From Octopus bimaculoides (taxonomy: Eukaryota): a stretch of DNA of 64,000 bases. The position numbers were made by a program, and so were the translations under genes. Within the stretch, counting starts at the first letter, position 1, and every line of letters begins with the position of its first letter. This document shows positions 12,846 through 25,400 of the stretch, piece by piece. The notes beneath the pieces were generated by a model, which was not told where the DNA came from, made no database searches, and saw only the letters and a list, made by a program, of their open reading frames with translations. The DNA lies in assembly GCF_001194135.2 (NCBI RefSeq), contig NC_069007.1, positions 1,579,729 to 1,643,728 on the forward strand. Reading direction: 5' to 3'.

Positions 12846-12945
12846 TATTATTATTATCATTGCAATTTTTGTTGTTGCATTCGTTGCTGTTGTTTTCTTT
12901 CATGTTACTTCTGTTGTTGTCGTTGTTATTAGTGTTGTTGTTGTT
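12172..12945. repeat. Compound (TAT)n/(TGT)n/(CAT)n/(CAC)n trinucleotide tract
   Basis: Direct reading. Confidence 0.95.
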
Positions 12946-14142
12946 GCTTCTGTGGCTGAATTTCTTTGTTGGTTTCTCTACCAAGCATGGTTAACAACAG
13001 AATTACTTTGAAACAAATTGGTACTTTGGAGCAGTTGAATGTGATAAACATGAAATGGAAATCTGTTGAAAATGGAAGAAAAAAATAGAAAAAAATTGAA
13101 AAAATAAAATTACAACAAATCAGTATAAAGCATTAAAAAATCTGAAAAGAAGGATACAAAATAAAATAATAAAATAATAATATAATTATAAAGCGCAGCT
13201 AGTAAAATAAAATAAATTCTACAAGGCATAATCAAAGAGAAAGCATTTTAAACAATTATGGCTAACGATTTTGTTTATTGACAAAAGGGACAGAAAAACA
13301 AACAAATAAATAAGTATAGGAAGAACAAAACAACAAAAAAATAAAATAAAACAAAATAACGGAAATGTCACGATGAAAGAACAAAGCATGTTAAAGGAGT
13401 AATTAATTAAAAAAGAGACATTCAAAGATGGCGGATGTACAATGTAAAAATTTTGATAAGACAAATCACATCGTTTGAATGATATGTTAGTGAACATGGT
13501 AAATAAAGAAGAGGAAATGACAGAACAGTGTGGCATTTAATGTAAATAGAAAGAGGAAAAAAATAATAAAAATGTTGTAATTTATAACAAGTTATTTCAT
13601 TTTTTGTCTGTTTCTGTAGTCTTTGTTTCTTTTTTTAAGTTCATTATTGTTTTTTGTTAACGTTTATTTCATAAAATCATGACTAAAATAATCTGAATTT
13701 TCATGAGAATTGTCTGGTTAAAGTCATTATATAAAATATTTATGCTGAGAAATTCTCCATATGCACTGGGGAGCGAGGAATTCTTTATTGTTTGCTCCAA
13801 ATCTCCATGAAATGATTTCATGAAGAGAATTAAATGTGTGCATGTAACGATACATTCAAATGCCAGTTTTCATTCGACAATTATTGATTTCATTTTTATC
13901 AAGGTACAAAGGAATGTAAACGTTTTATCTGCGCAGGTTAGAAGGAAGCCCTAACCACCTGCCCGCTTCAGAGAAAAGATATTCCTAAACATACAGAAAT
14001 CTCGCTGAGTTAAAAGAATTAAGAAATATTTATGCATGGTTTCCTAAGCTGAGCAGATTGTATCTAGGAAACGGAGTTAATTAATAAATATTGGAAAATT
14101 GTAATTATTTACGGAAAATATTTTACAAATAAATAAAGAAAA

Positions 14143-14512
14143 GCAGGAATAGCTAAATAGTTAAGAATATCGCTTTGCAACCACGTGGTTTTAGCGTTCC
14201 GTCCAAATGTTTGGCAGCTTGGGCAACAATATCAGTGGTTGAGCAATGCTTGTGGGTGAATTTGGCTAGCAGAAACTGTGTAAGCCTTTTGTGTATACAT
14301 ATGTGTATGAGATTGTGTTTTTGTTTCCCCTCACCGCTTGTTTAGGAGCGTTATTTTGCCTTTGCCCTCTAACTTAGAAGTGCGAAAAAAGAGAAGGATA
14401 GAATACTACCTGATTTTAAAATTTTTAAATGTATAAGCACTGAGATGAATTTGCTTGATTAAAACCCATCACGCACTTGCTCTGGCATGGCCACAGAAGA
14501 ATGAATCAAAGT
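14143..14512 (+). mobile_element. Degenerate SINE family C (internal TA/TG tract)
   Basis: Collinear similarity to 16066-16372 (head, GAATTTGG…GAAACTG, internal microsatellite) and to the tail at 9586-9661. Confidence 0.55.
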
Positions 14513-14919
14513 AATATCAATGAAGTAACTGATAAATTTTCAAGAAAAATGGCTCAGAATATATGCAAGGATTTTCAACACAAACACGGCATACGCAAAT
14601 ACACGTTTGCTTATGTAATATGTTGTAGCATGGATAAACGAAGGGTTGAGCTTAGAAAACGAGAACATAATTGATGTCAGCAGGAGTTCCATTCGGGTCT
14701 ATTCCATATTATCTCCAGAAATCACACACGTTGAGATATTTCTTAGGTAGCACAGTCCGATTTGACTGTGATTTAACTATTATATTTAGTTGCTTCGCTA
14801 CTGTTATCTTAAACGATATTAGATTAAGGCCAATGGTATTTGTTTTAGTACGGTATTTAGGTGCAGAGCAGAGGGGCGTGAAGTATGGGAATTTCGTGAA
14901 ACGACGTTCAGAATTCAAG

Positions 14920-14967
<48 letters not shown>
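14920..14967. repeat. (TTGA)n tetranucleotide repeat
   Basis: Direct reading. Confidence 0.95.
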
Positions 14968-14969
<2 letters not shown>

Positions 14970-15745
14970 GGTCGAAATAATAATCAAACAATCTCTTAGA
15001 GGATTAGCTATATGCTTAAGCAATTTAAAAATTAACGTGCAATAGAACCAGTACGCGTGTTTATTATTGGCATTCTGCCCCTCCCGATCTACAAGAGAAT
15101 ATCTACCTACACACAAATTCACATGAGGTAACTTGTAAACCAAATTTGTAAACAAAAACATTATGTAACTTCCTAAAGAGGTACGTATTTCCGTGCAAGT
15201 GTGCGTCAGTCAGCTTCTAATATATTTGTGTGTATATACGCAATGAAATTATTTCTATAGCAGTAACGAATTCCTATAACAATGTGTTATGTGTGTATCT
15301 GTCTGTGTGATGTTCATGTAAAATTCAACATAACATTCTCATATGGGGTTATTAAGTATTAGAATTACAAATTGAAATATATGGTATGTAATTGAAAATT
15401 ATAAATATTTTATGAATCTGTTTCCTAAAGAAAATCACTGGATTACTTAATGCCGGTAGAAGATTTTTGAACAAGTAATATGAATTTAGATAAAAAGATA
15501 AACTTACCTCAGAATAATTAGTTTTAAATAAAAAAAAGTTAATAACTTGTAGTAAATTTCAAACACGCTAATCGCAGTGAGAAATAAAACCTAATACATA
15601 TGTAGGGAAAATACGGAAAATACGGCTAACGTATAAAATTTATACTATAAAATATGAGATGCCTAGGAACAGTATAAAGAGGTGTATATGGAAAGAGCGA
15701 ATCTTAGAGATTATATATATGTTATATGTAAAATACAAAGGAACT

Positions 15746-16040
15746 TGGCTTACTGGTTGGGGGCGTTTGGCTCACGCTCGTAACATCGTCAATTCAATTC
15801 ACAGCGGTGCGTTGTGTCCATCAGCAAGACATTTAGTTCATGTTACTGAAGTCAAATCTGCTGGCAAAAAATGAATTGTACCTGTATTCCAAAGGGCCAG
15901 CCTTGTAACACTCTGTGTCACGCTGAATCTCCTTCGGAACTACATGAAGTGTACAGCCTCTTGCAGGTTAATTTCAGGAGCAACCTCTACCTCTGTTAGG
16001 ATAAGCTGAAACATTAGTCTTCGGAATCGACGGAGTACCA
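15746..16040 (+). mobile_element. Degenerate SINE family A2
   Basis: CAGCAAGACATTT head segment plus CCAGCCTTGTAACACTCTGTGTCACGCTGAATCTCC core, ending GACGGAGTACCA. Confidence 0.7.
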
Positions 16041-16065
16041 TATATATGTGTATATATATATACAT

Positions 16066-16252
16066 GAGTGGCTGCGTGGTAAGTAGCTTGCTTAACAGCC
16101 ACATGGATTGGGTCCGAGTTCAGTACCACTGCGTGGGAACCTGGGCAGGTGTCTTCTACTATAACCTCGGGCCAACCAATGTCTTATGAGTGGATTTAGT
16201 AGACGGAAACTGAAAGAAGCTTGTCGTATATACATGTGTGTGTGTGTGTGTA

Positions 16253-16284
<32 letters not shown>

Positions 16285-16372
16285 TGTGTGCATATATGCT
16301 TGTATGTCTGTGTTTGTCCAACCCACCGCAACATCGGCTGACAACCAATGCTGGTGTGTTTACGTGTGTTTA
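16066..16372 (+). mobile_element. SINE family C, 3'-truncated, with internal (TG)n
   Basis: GAGTGGCTGCGTGGTAAGTAGCTTGCTT…GAGTTCAGTACCACTGCGTGG…GGAAACTGAAAGAAG, tRNA-like head. Confidence 0.7.
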
Positions 16373-16611
16373 TGTGGTCCACTGTTTCAATCTCATCATT
16401 GCAGCATCGACACTTTGGATATAGGGATACCTCACAATGCAGATGTATTGCAAATGTCGGCATTTCTTAGAACTGCAATCATATTACGTAAAGTACTGTC
16501 AGTTTGACGTCCTTGTTGTGACTTGACAAACTGACAAACCGTAGAAACCCCTTCGGCAGATACATCTTCAATCAACAACCACACGATACTGTATACTGTG
16601 CGACATCTATC

Positions 16612-16612
<1 letters not shown>

Positions 16613-16677
<65 letters not shown>
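16613..16677. repeat. (CTA)n microsatellite
   Basis: Direct reading. Confidence 0.95.
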
Positions 16678-17610
16678 TTGATAGTAATAATGACAACAAT
16701 ACGATCGATGATTATATACAAGTATATGTAATTAAATATGTGTGTGAATATACAAACACATACGAATGCATATGCTGAAACATATTTATGAATATTCGCC
16801 GAGCCGGTAATTGGAGCAGAATAACATTAAAAATAGCAACAAAACTGTGATTGCTACAAATATATTATGCCGTTCACATACATTTAACATTAAGACGTGT
16901 GATGACAATTTATTACCGTTGAGATTAAACTAATCTTATTCCTAATTGATTAAAGTCTCAGACCGGGAATTGCTTAATTCAAACTAACTGTGTGATTGCC
17001 GAAAGACTAGATGGAGTCTGAGAAGCTAAGCTATTTATTTATTTCGTTATTCATTTATTTATGGACGTCTATATATATATATATATATATATAGGTAAAC
17101 ATGTATAGCATTTTATGCGTTAGTGTTGGTGCCTGAGTGCGTGTATGAGGTGCGAGTGGATGGTATGATTACATTATTGTTTGAGCCAATCAGAGACATC
17201 TGTTCGATTCTTCACAATGGTGCAGTAATAAGATAATTCTACAGAATATTCCTGATTCAATTATGCTGTGGTCTAACGCTTATATACAAAACTGTTTCCA
17301 TTTTTGATTATGTACCACACACACGTATCCATATGTGTGTGTGTGTATGCGTCTTTATGTGTGTGTTTGTGCGTGTTAGTATTCCACTCGTGTATTTCAA
17401 TACTTATAACCTGGTCTTACAACTCCATATGTATATGCTTCAGAACGAAGTGTCAGTCGAGTAGAGAGAAGGAATAAGATATTGGAATGACAACGGGATA
17501 AACAATTAATTTATGATTTCAATTAGTTTCAGCTCTTCCTGTTATAAGCTTCAGCAATACTCTCTTATCTGAGGGGATCTCTGACTTACCTGAGATCCAA
17601 ACATGAAGTG

Positions 17611-17679
<69 letters not shown>

Positions 17680-18024
17680 AAAAATGTGTAGAGATAATAC
17701 ACGATTAAGTAGATATTTGTGAAAAAGAGGAGCGAAAATGCTACTTTCTTAAAACTAGGTACATTTTAATTTTCCTTTATATAGATACATTAAAGGAAGA
17801 ATGTTTTGGCTTTGTTTTACATGTTTCGGTTTTTGGAAAACCTTATCGAATATGTGTGCTAAAATGGAATATTTAGAGAGAAAAGAGATATTTATAAAAT
17901 TAAATTAAAATTAAGATTAACATTCATAGTTTACTTTTCTTTTTCTTGCAAGAGTACGTGGTAATTTCCGCTAATATTTGCCGCATGACAAGTCTATGAT
18001 ACTATTTCATCGATTCGTGTTGAA

Positions 18025-18700
18025 ACCCTTTCCGTCCAGGTATCCCATGATACTTATAAAGCCTTCTTGATCCAGGTCCTTGATAGATGTATCCTCATCA
18101 GTTTGGGTCGTGGTATTAGCTGTTAGTTTACCACATCTGAACGAAACTTTTGCACACTTGAAGCCAAATTCCTTATTGATATCATCACTGAATTTTTCAC
18201 AGATGCTGGTAGCCCTTTAAGATCCGTGTTATCTTTTGCAAATAATTTCAGATCATTCGTGTAGAGAAAGTGTCAGATTATCTTGTCAATAATTCTGTAA
18301 CCGTAATTTGTTATATTCCGTACGTGGGACAAGAAAATAGGGGAAAGGAAAAAGTGGAGAGGAGAAAGTGAATCACCCTGGAATATTCTATGATCTATTT
18401 TGATGTACTGTGATGCATACGAGACTTTCTTGTGGTTGAGAAAGGACTTTTTGTCTCAGAGTCCAATAAAATACCTGTACTGTAGAAAACCTTTTACGAA
18501 AGGAGAGATCTTGTACATATTTAGTGCCTTTAAGATCTAACTATGTTAGACACTGTCAAATGCCTTACAGTAGACAATCTAAGGTGTGCTAAGATTTTGT
18601 ATCGTGGATTAACGGTTTTCGAGTATCATAGTGTTTATTAATAATTGGTCTTTGAATCCAACAGGTGCTAGTAAAGTGTAACGTACCTTGATTCATTGAG
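18025..18700 (-). mobile_element. Decayed reverse transcriptase of an R4/Dong-like non-LTR retrotransposon
   Basis: Manual minus-strand translation gives KDQLLIN…KAFDSV*HS*ILK…IFQGDSLSPLHF…HFLYTNDLKLFAKD (YMDD mutated to YTND), with multiple stops and frameshifts. Confidence 0.8.
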
Positions 18701-19831
18701 TCATTGTTTCTTGAAGCGAATTTGCGGGAGACCTCGTGAAAGAAGCGAGACTGTTTTCGAAAATGGAGACGAACACCTTTCTCTGTGTGATCAGCTTGAG
18801 AAATTGATAAGACATTAGGATATTTTCCTACTTTTCACTTTTCTTAACATGAAACCAGCGGTAGCCGTAATTTACACACACACAGACACACACATACAAA
18901 CATATATTTACATATATATATATAAATTTGCATATGTATCTTTATGTGTATACGCACACACACACACACACATGCATGTATGTCCATTGTCTGATAACAA
19001 GTGAGCAGAAGAACAAGTGGCCTCTGTGTTCAGTAGAGCATGTTGTTCATATTCCCTGTGAACTATAAGATAAATAACTTTCAGTATTTTCATGAAGCCT
19101 CTCTCCATAACACACTGATCAAAGACAATTTCTCCTTATATAAGATAAAGCAGAATAAATTAGAACATGGAAGGAAGCAGATGCTCTGTTACAGTTTTGC
19201 CTAAAATCTACATCAAAATTTGAGACGTACATCGAATTGAATAACCTCAAAATAAACTCTAATAGATAGCCAGTAATCCGCTTTATATTTTAAGGAACAA
19301 TGACAGCATATGTTCATTTCAATAGTAATTAATTTTTTGAAAAGAATGAAGATATTTATAATTGAAAACACTGTAGGTTTTCCTGTGAACAATTCCAAAA
19401 CTGAAAGCTAATTACCAGTGTGTCTTGAGACATTCATTTTCGGAATTCAAATTCTATTAATTTTCCTCTCTTTTCTGTAGTTCTTAGGATGAAGCGTAAG
19501 TATAACCAATTTGTTCCTGTTGATATATATACACGTATCAATATTCTCTACTAATATATGAATAAGTAAGAGTATGTATATGTGTATCTATCTATTTATC
19601 TATCTATCTATACATCGATCTATGTGTCTATCAACATACATACTTATATGTGCACATAGAAATACACGCATAAACACATAAGTGTATACATAAATATTAA
19701 GAAAGATTAATTTTTGTTCGTCTGTATATATATATATTACATGAATAATTAGAAAAAATACATATATTATCATCATCATATACATTTATATCATTAATCA
19801 CATATACATTCGCTTTTATTCATAATTTCAC

Positions 19832-19867
<36 letters not shown>

Positions 19868-19897
19868 ATGTGTGTGAATGAATGAATGTGTGTATGG

Positions 19898-19933
<36 letters not shown>

Positions 19934-19957
19934 ACACACACACACATATATATATAT

Positions 19958-20090
19958 GCTCGTTTCTGTGGATGAGCGTAGGCTCGGAACATTAAAGACG
20001 TTTTCACATCCCGAGCGTTAAACTAATACGCCTGTTTGTTATCTACACAACCTCTCTTCGTCTTTCTTTTTTTTTCTGTGAACTCTCCTT
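19958..20090 (+). mobile_element. Short repeat unit (family E) with hammerhead-like motif, between TA tracts
   Basis: Homologous to 31945-32030. Reads TTT-CTGTGGA-T-GAGC-GTAG-GCTC-GGAAC-ATT-AAA. Confidence 0.45.
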
Positions 20091-21068
20091 ATATATATCT
20101 ATATATACTTTAGCGTGAGTTTATGTATTTTTTCGTCTTTTAATATTAATTTTCTTCTTATACACAGCTGTTGATAATATGTTGTCTTAGTACATGTGAT
20201 TTTGTGCAAATATCTTCTCGCCAGCGAAATTCGTGTCGATATATTTTTAAGGATGCTATTTATGATGTTACTGGGATGACAGGAATACTTGTTCACATAC
20301 ATTAGTCTTTCATTCAGTTAGTGGTACTCTTCGTTTACATTCATATACTTAAATCCAATCCAGACTAACATCACGGAAGTTAGCGTTACTATAATCATTT
20401 TCTATGGTAATAGAAGCCGAGACGCTTCAAGAAATTAAAAACAAAGAAACTTTTTTCCTGGAACCGTTCAAGGCAGAATATACTATACCTTTGGATAGTG
20501 AAAAGAGAAAGTCTATATGTGTATAGTTAAGTGGCCACAAAGTTACTCGTGAGAAGTCGCTTGAATCTGTAATAATGCCAAAAAAATTTGTTTGGAAATT
20601 ACCAACGGTCACGTATAAAAACAGCGTGGTTTCTCTTGTCACTCAAAAATATTGTGGACAAACGATTGAATAAACAGAAATATATAAAAGATAATCTTCC
20701 TCACCAATTCTTGAATAAATAAAATAAAATAAAATAAAATAAAATAAACAAATGGTATGACATTGCGCGCGACTGTGTATTTACTTACCCAAATCAACCC
20801 CGATTCATCATTGGTATTTAATTAACAAATACTAAACAGAAAAAAATGGTAAAAACAATTCTGAAAAGAATTGAACTAAGCTAGCAGGCAGACACAGATA
20901 GATTACTGAAATGGTTTCTATTGACAGCATTTTTACTGATTCCAGTACCTTCATATGCAAAATGACAGAGCATATATATAAATATATACATAAATACACA
21001 CACACACACACGCACGTATATATATATATATNNNNNNNNNNNNNNNNNNNNNNNNNNNNNNTATATAC

Positions 21069-21130
<62 letters not shown>

Positions 21131-21260
21131 GCACATATATATATATACACATATATATAGACATCTATATATGTGTGTGTTATATACATATGTACATATA
21201 TATATAAAAATACACACACATAAATATATATGCACACACATATATATATATATATAAATT

Positions 21261-21307
<47 letters not shown>

Positions 21308-22612
21308 ATGCATGTGAATGCATGTGCATATGTATGTATTTATGCATATATGTACGTATAAGGTTTCAAATTTCCAGTTATGCTACTTAACAATCAGCCT
21401 GGATGCCCGGTGATAACAGAAATAAAATAAATACATATTCTGAGTAGAAAAATCTAGGAGGATATGGTTTTGCTATTCTTAAGCTATTGATAGCCTTGGG
21501 GACAATTTTACTGTAATCACTATTTCCGCATCCAGGCCATTGTTTGTTTAAGCTCCTCGCCATCTTCATTCCATCCTTCTCACCCTTCAATTACAGTTCA
21601 GGAGATATTGAAAAATGCTCCAAGGTCTGTGATACAATTGGAAAACAACACTCTCAGCTGTTGATTATGAGTGGATACGAGGTGTAACTGTTACACAAAA
21701 CGATATAATTACAATGATGTGGTTCGGTTTTTTTCTAATGAAAAACCAAAAGGGCAAATAGATAGGAAATAAAGAAAAAATATGAGGACAAATAGCAGTG
21801 TTGAACACTAGCGTGAACAAGAACAACAGTTTTGGCAAGAAAAATACCATCAGTTTAAACTAAAACAAAAGGTAATCTAATTTCTTCAACCAGAGGGGAA
21901 AAAAGTTTTGTGTTTGTGGCTGTTTCTGTGCTTTTGTGTATGTGTGTGTGTGTTTATGAATTTTTTTTGTCATTTTCGTTAATAATTCCTGATTTGTGGA
22001 ATTAAAATTTTCAAGTTTTCAAGTAGAAGAATATTTGGTTGTTTATGTTGTGAAGAATTCTAGTGAATGATTATTGTTGGGAGAACACCGCTAAAAGCAG
22101 TTTTGAGTAATGATCACAATACAGTCCACTTCATGATGATAATGATGATGATGATGATGATGATGATGACCTTCATCATCATCATCATCATCATCTTCCT
22201 CATCACCACCAGCAATACCACCATCCCCACGACCAACAATATAACCACCGCCACGATCGTTAAAACCATCAAAACTACCTCCTCCCCCACACCACTACCA
22301 TCTCATACACCGTACCATTGTTAATTTACGTGAATGGAGTTGATTTTACCATCGTAGTCATCGACGACGTCACCATGGCAACACCGACTGGAGTGAAACA
22401 CACTCGTCCTCGTTCACAACATTTCTACCAAAATAAATATTAGAAGAAACGTGTTCTGTCATCGTTTAGTAAGATATGTCTCGCCGTGTGACTGTACGCG
22501 AGCGCATGCGTGTATGCTTATGTGTGTGTGTTTGTATGTGTCAGTGTCTGCGAAGGGGATATGTTCATGATGAGCACCAGACTGGTTTTCTCTTCCGAAT
22601 TCCATCCACATT

Positions 22613-22664
22613 CAGAGCAACGGTCTGAAGTGTATCCTAGGATATACTTCAGACCGTTGCTCTG
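22613..22664. repeat. 52-bp near-perfect palindrome
   Basis: CAGAGCAACGGTCTGAAGTGTATCCT|AGGATATACTTCAGACCGTTGCTCTG: 25 of 26 Watson-Crick pairs plus one G-T, no spacer. Confidence 0.95.
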
Positions 22665-22699
22665 TCTTCTACCTCGGAACCGGCTGTACATGGCTGATA

Positions 22700-22960
22700 G
22701 GTGAATTCATGAAGGACACAGATATTCCTACACCCCTGACCACCAGCCAAAGATCTTTTCTAATTGTGGCACACCTTGTCTACCAGGGTATCCCTTACTC
22801 CCTTCGCCCCTCGGTGGTAAATAATATACGTCTGTTTTGTGTATTCCCTCTTCTGGTGGCAATTGGCAAAATATGATCTGCAACTCTCACACTTCTTTCT
22901 CCAGGGTCAATCTCCTGCAAACTGTGCAGATTGTCTCTTCTCAAGACGTCAGTGCTTTTG
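22700..22960 (-). mobile_element. Possible decayed RTE-like LINE ORF 3' region
   Basis: Minus-strand translation has only weak resemblance (ADHIL…PPRG…G.PG…KDL) to RTE C-terminal motifs, with frameshifts. Confidence 0.3.
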
Positions 22961-23148
22961 GTTGCATCTCAATTGACGGAATGTATTCGATCACTCATTG
23001 ACCTTGGGAGTCATTTCCCAAGTTCCTACTTCATAAACTACTCTCGGTACAGCATTATCTATGTATTCAAACTTCATTCAACTTTGTAGCTGGCGATATA
23101 TTCTTATCAGTATCAATTTATATCCACACATCATTTCCAGAATTTTAT

Positions 23149-23313
23149 TTCTGAAAGCTGTTTTAACCTGGTTCCATAAAATTTCAATAGGTGATAATTT
23201 CATTTTATTGCACCGTTCGCACACGTGAGAGGCAGTATTTACGATTTTAATTGCGTTGATTTGCTGTGCAATTAACCTTTGTTATATGCAGCAATATCTT
23301 CTATTCTCAGATT
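23149..23313. repeat. Diverged ~165-bp direct repeat, copy 1
   Basis: Aligns ungapped to 24451-24614 (TGTTTTAACC.GGTTCCATAAAATTT…GATAATTTC.TTTTATT). Confidence 0.8.
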
Positions 23314-23829
23314 GAAGACTTTGTCACGACTAAACGCACCGTTCTATACCTGGTAGGACTTAAGCGCAAAATATCGTATTTAACATTCTATGCGATAATA
23401 TTTAAAGTTAATAAGGTCGTAGGTTAATTAATTATAATCCTGCGCATCGCAACATAGACAGATTGCAGATTCGAAATCTGTCAGGGTATTGTAAGAGAAC
23501 GAGTTTATCAATAAATATGTACTAAATATGTACAGATGAACCGAGTGGTGGGTCAAATCCATTTAAGGAAATGGCACTAAGGGAAATATATATTGTTTCA
23601 GTTTAAATATACTCATGCATTTGTCAAATGGAAATCTAATATTCCAGTAAATCAAGCGAACGAGTGTGCAGAAACAATGTGAGAAAGTATATTAAAATAA
23701 TCTTGAAATAGGGTAAAAATACGAAGTAAATATTTTTGGCGATTCCGAAACACAGAGCAGCAAGTTTTAAAATGGTTACAATTGAAAAATAGAGGTCAAC
23801 AAATAATAACCTTGAATAACAGACACAAG

Positions 23830-23877
<48 letters not shown>

Positions 23878-23953
23878 NNNNNNNNNNNNNNNNNNNNNNN
23901 NNNNNNNNNNNNNNNNNNNNNNNNNNNNNNNNNNNNNNNNNNNNNNNNNNNNN

Positions 23954-24022
<69 letters not shown>

Positions 24023-24450
24023 ATGTATTCAGTTTATTTCAAGATTTCTTGCCAATAAAATACCGCTTTCTAACCTATATCCAAGGCACCTACACTGGAA
24101 TTTCTGCATCAACAGCAGGGTATTTTTGTTTGTATATATGAATGTATGTATACATGTATGTATACATGTATGTATGCATGTATGTATAAAGGGTGAAAGA
24201 TATCATCATACGTGAGATATCCAACAAATATCATAAAAAGTAATTAAATCGTATTTCACGGACAGATTTGTTTCAGACATATGCTTTGCATGAAATTACA
24301 GTTGCAATCACACAACTGTCATTCTGTCCTCGGAAATAAGTCAGTCATTGACCCGTTGGGAACGTGTAAACAACGACGCTATAGTTCACCAATTCCCATT
24401 TACCCTTATCAACGTTAATTTACATTAAACATCATCTTGAGAGTTTTATC

Positions 24451-24614
24451 TTCTAAAACTGTTTTAACCCGGTTCCATAAAATTTAGGAAGGCGATAATT
24501 TCGTTTTATTCGTTTGTTCACACATAGAAGAGGCTTTGTTCGTTCTCTTAATTCTGTCGAAGCGCTTGATAATTAGCCTTTGCTATATGTAGTTGTAACA
24601 TCTATTCCCAAATT
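24451..24614. repeat. Diverged ~165-bp direct repeat, copy 2
   Basis: See 23149-23313. Confidence 0.8.
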
Positions 24615-24718
24615 GGGGAGAATATCAAGTCTAGATACGTCATTCTGAATGGAATGGGACTTGTGCATGAACAATCGTATTTAACCTTTTATACAGTAAT
24701 GTTACAAGGTTATAAGAC

Positions 24719-24719
24719 C

Positions 24720-24776
<57 letters not shown>

Positions 24777-24822
24777 GTAATAATAATAATAAAGATGATG
24801 ATAATGATAATAATAATAATAA
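24719..24822. repeat. (TAA)n/(TGA)n microsatellite
   Basis: Direct reading. Confidence 0.95.
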
Positions 24823-25130
24823 ATTTTACTTTGTTTCAGAACTTTTTGACGGTAAATTTTGAAACTTTCTATGAAGTTCATTTAAAATATATTTTCGTTT
24901 TGTCTTTCAAAAGTGGCCAATGAGACACAGCTGAGGGAAAATGGTGGTAGATATAATAGAAAGCGACAGAAGAGCGGCGCCTACACAGCGTAGGCTTCGT
25001 TCTCCATGATGATCATGTCATGGGGCTACATTGAAAAATTGAAGACACCTTGTTTAAATCTTAAAGGCCATATGCATGTGTGTGTGTGAAAAGGAAAGAA
25101 CGATAGAGAGACAGAAATAAAGAGAAAGGA

Positions 25131-25164
<34 letters not shown>

Positions 25165-25237
25165 GTAGCTTGTTCCTCTAGTGGTCTATTTATATTTTGT
25201 TTTATATATCTTTGAAAATGTCAAGAACTTTGACTTC

Positions 25238-25400
25238 ACACCCTCTTGACCCAGGGACGCACCTCCTCCTCCAGGCACTTGAAGTAGGCCTCCGTGATGA
25301 GTGTAAGGCAATGTAGGAAAATGAATGTAGGCATAACGTTGGCATTACTAGGGAACACTCCAAACAGCTTGATGTTGGTTGGATATTTGATTTTTGTGAC
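25238..25400 (-). mobile_element. Tc1/mariner-superfamily transposase fragment
   Basis: Minus-strand translation VTKIKYPTNIKLFGVFPSNANVMPTFIFLHCLTLITEAYFKCLEEEVRPWVKRV resembles the K.P..VMV.G…G.VMPP.F….N…Y…L…V.PW segment between catalytic Asp residues. Confidence 0.7.

Noticed and set aside
12090-13011. Poly-I/L/Y/H/D ORFs
   Set aside because: Translations of trinucleotide repeats.
21596-21686. Possible exon after a pyrimidine-rich acceptor (…CCTTCAATTACAG)
   Set aside because: No recognisable protein similarity, weak donors, and no partner exons.
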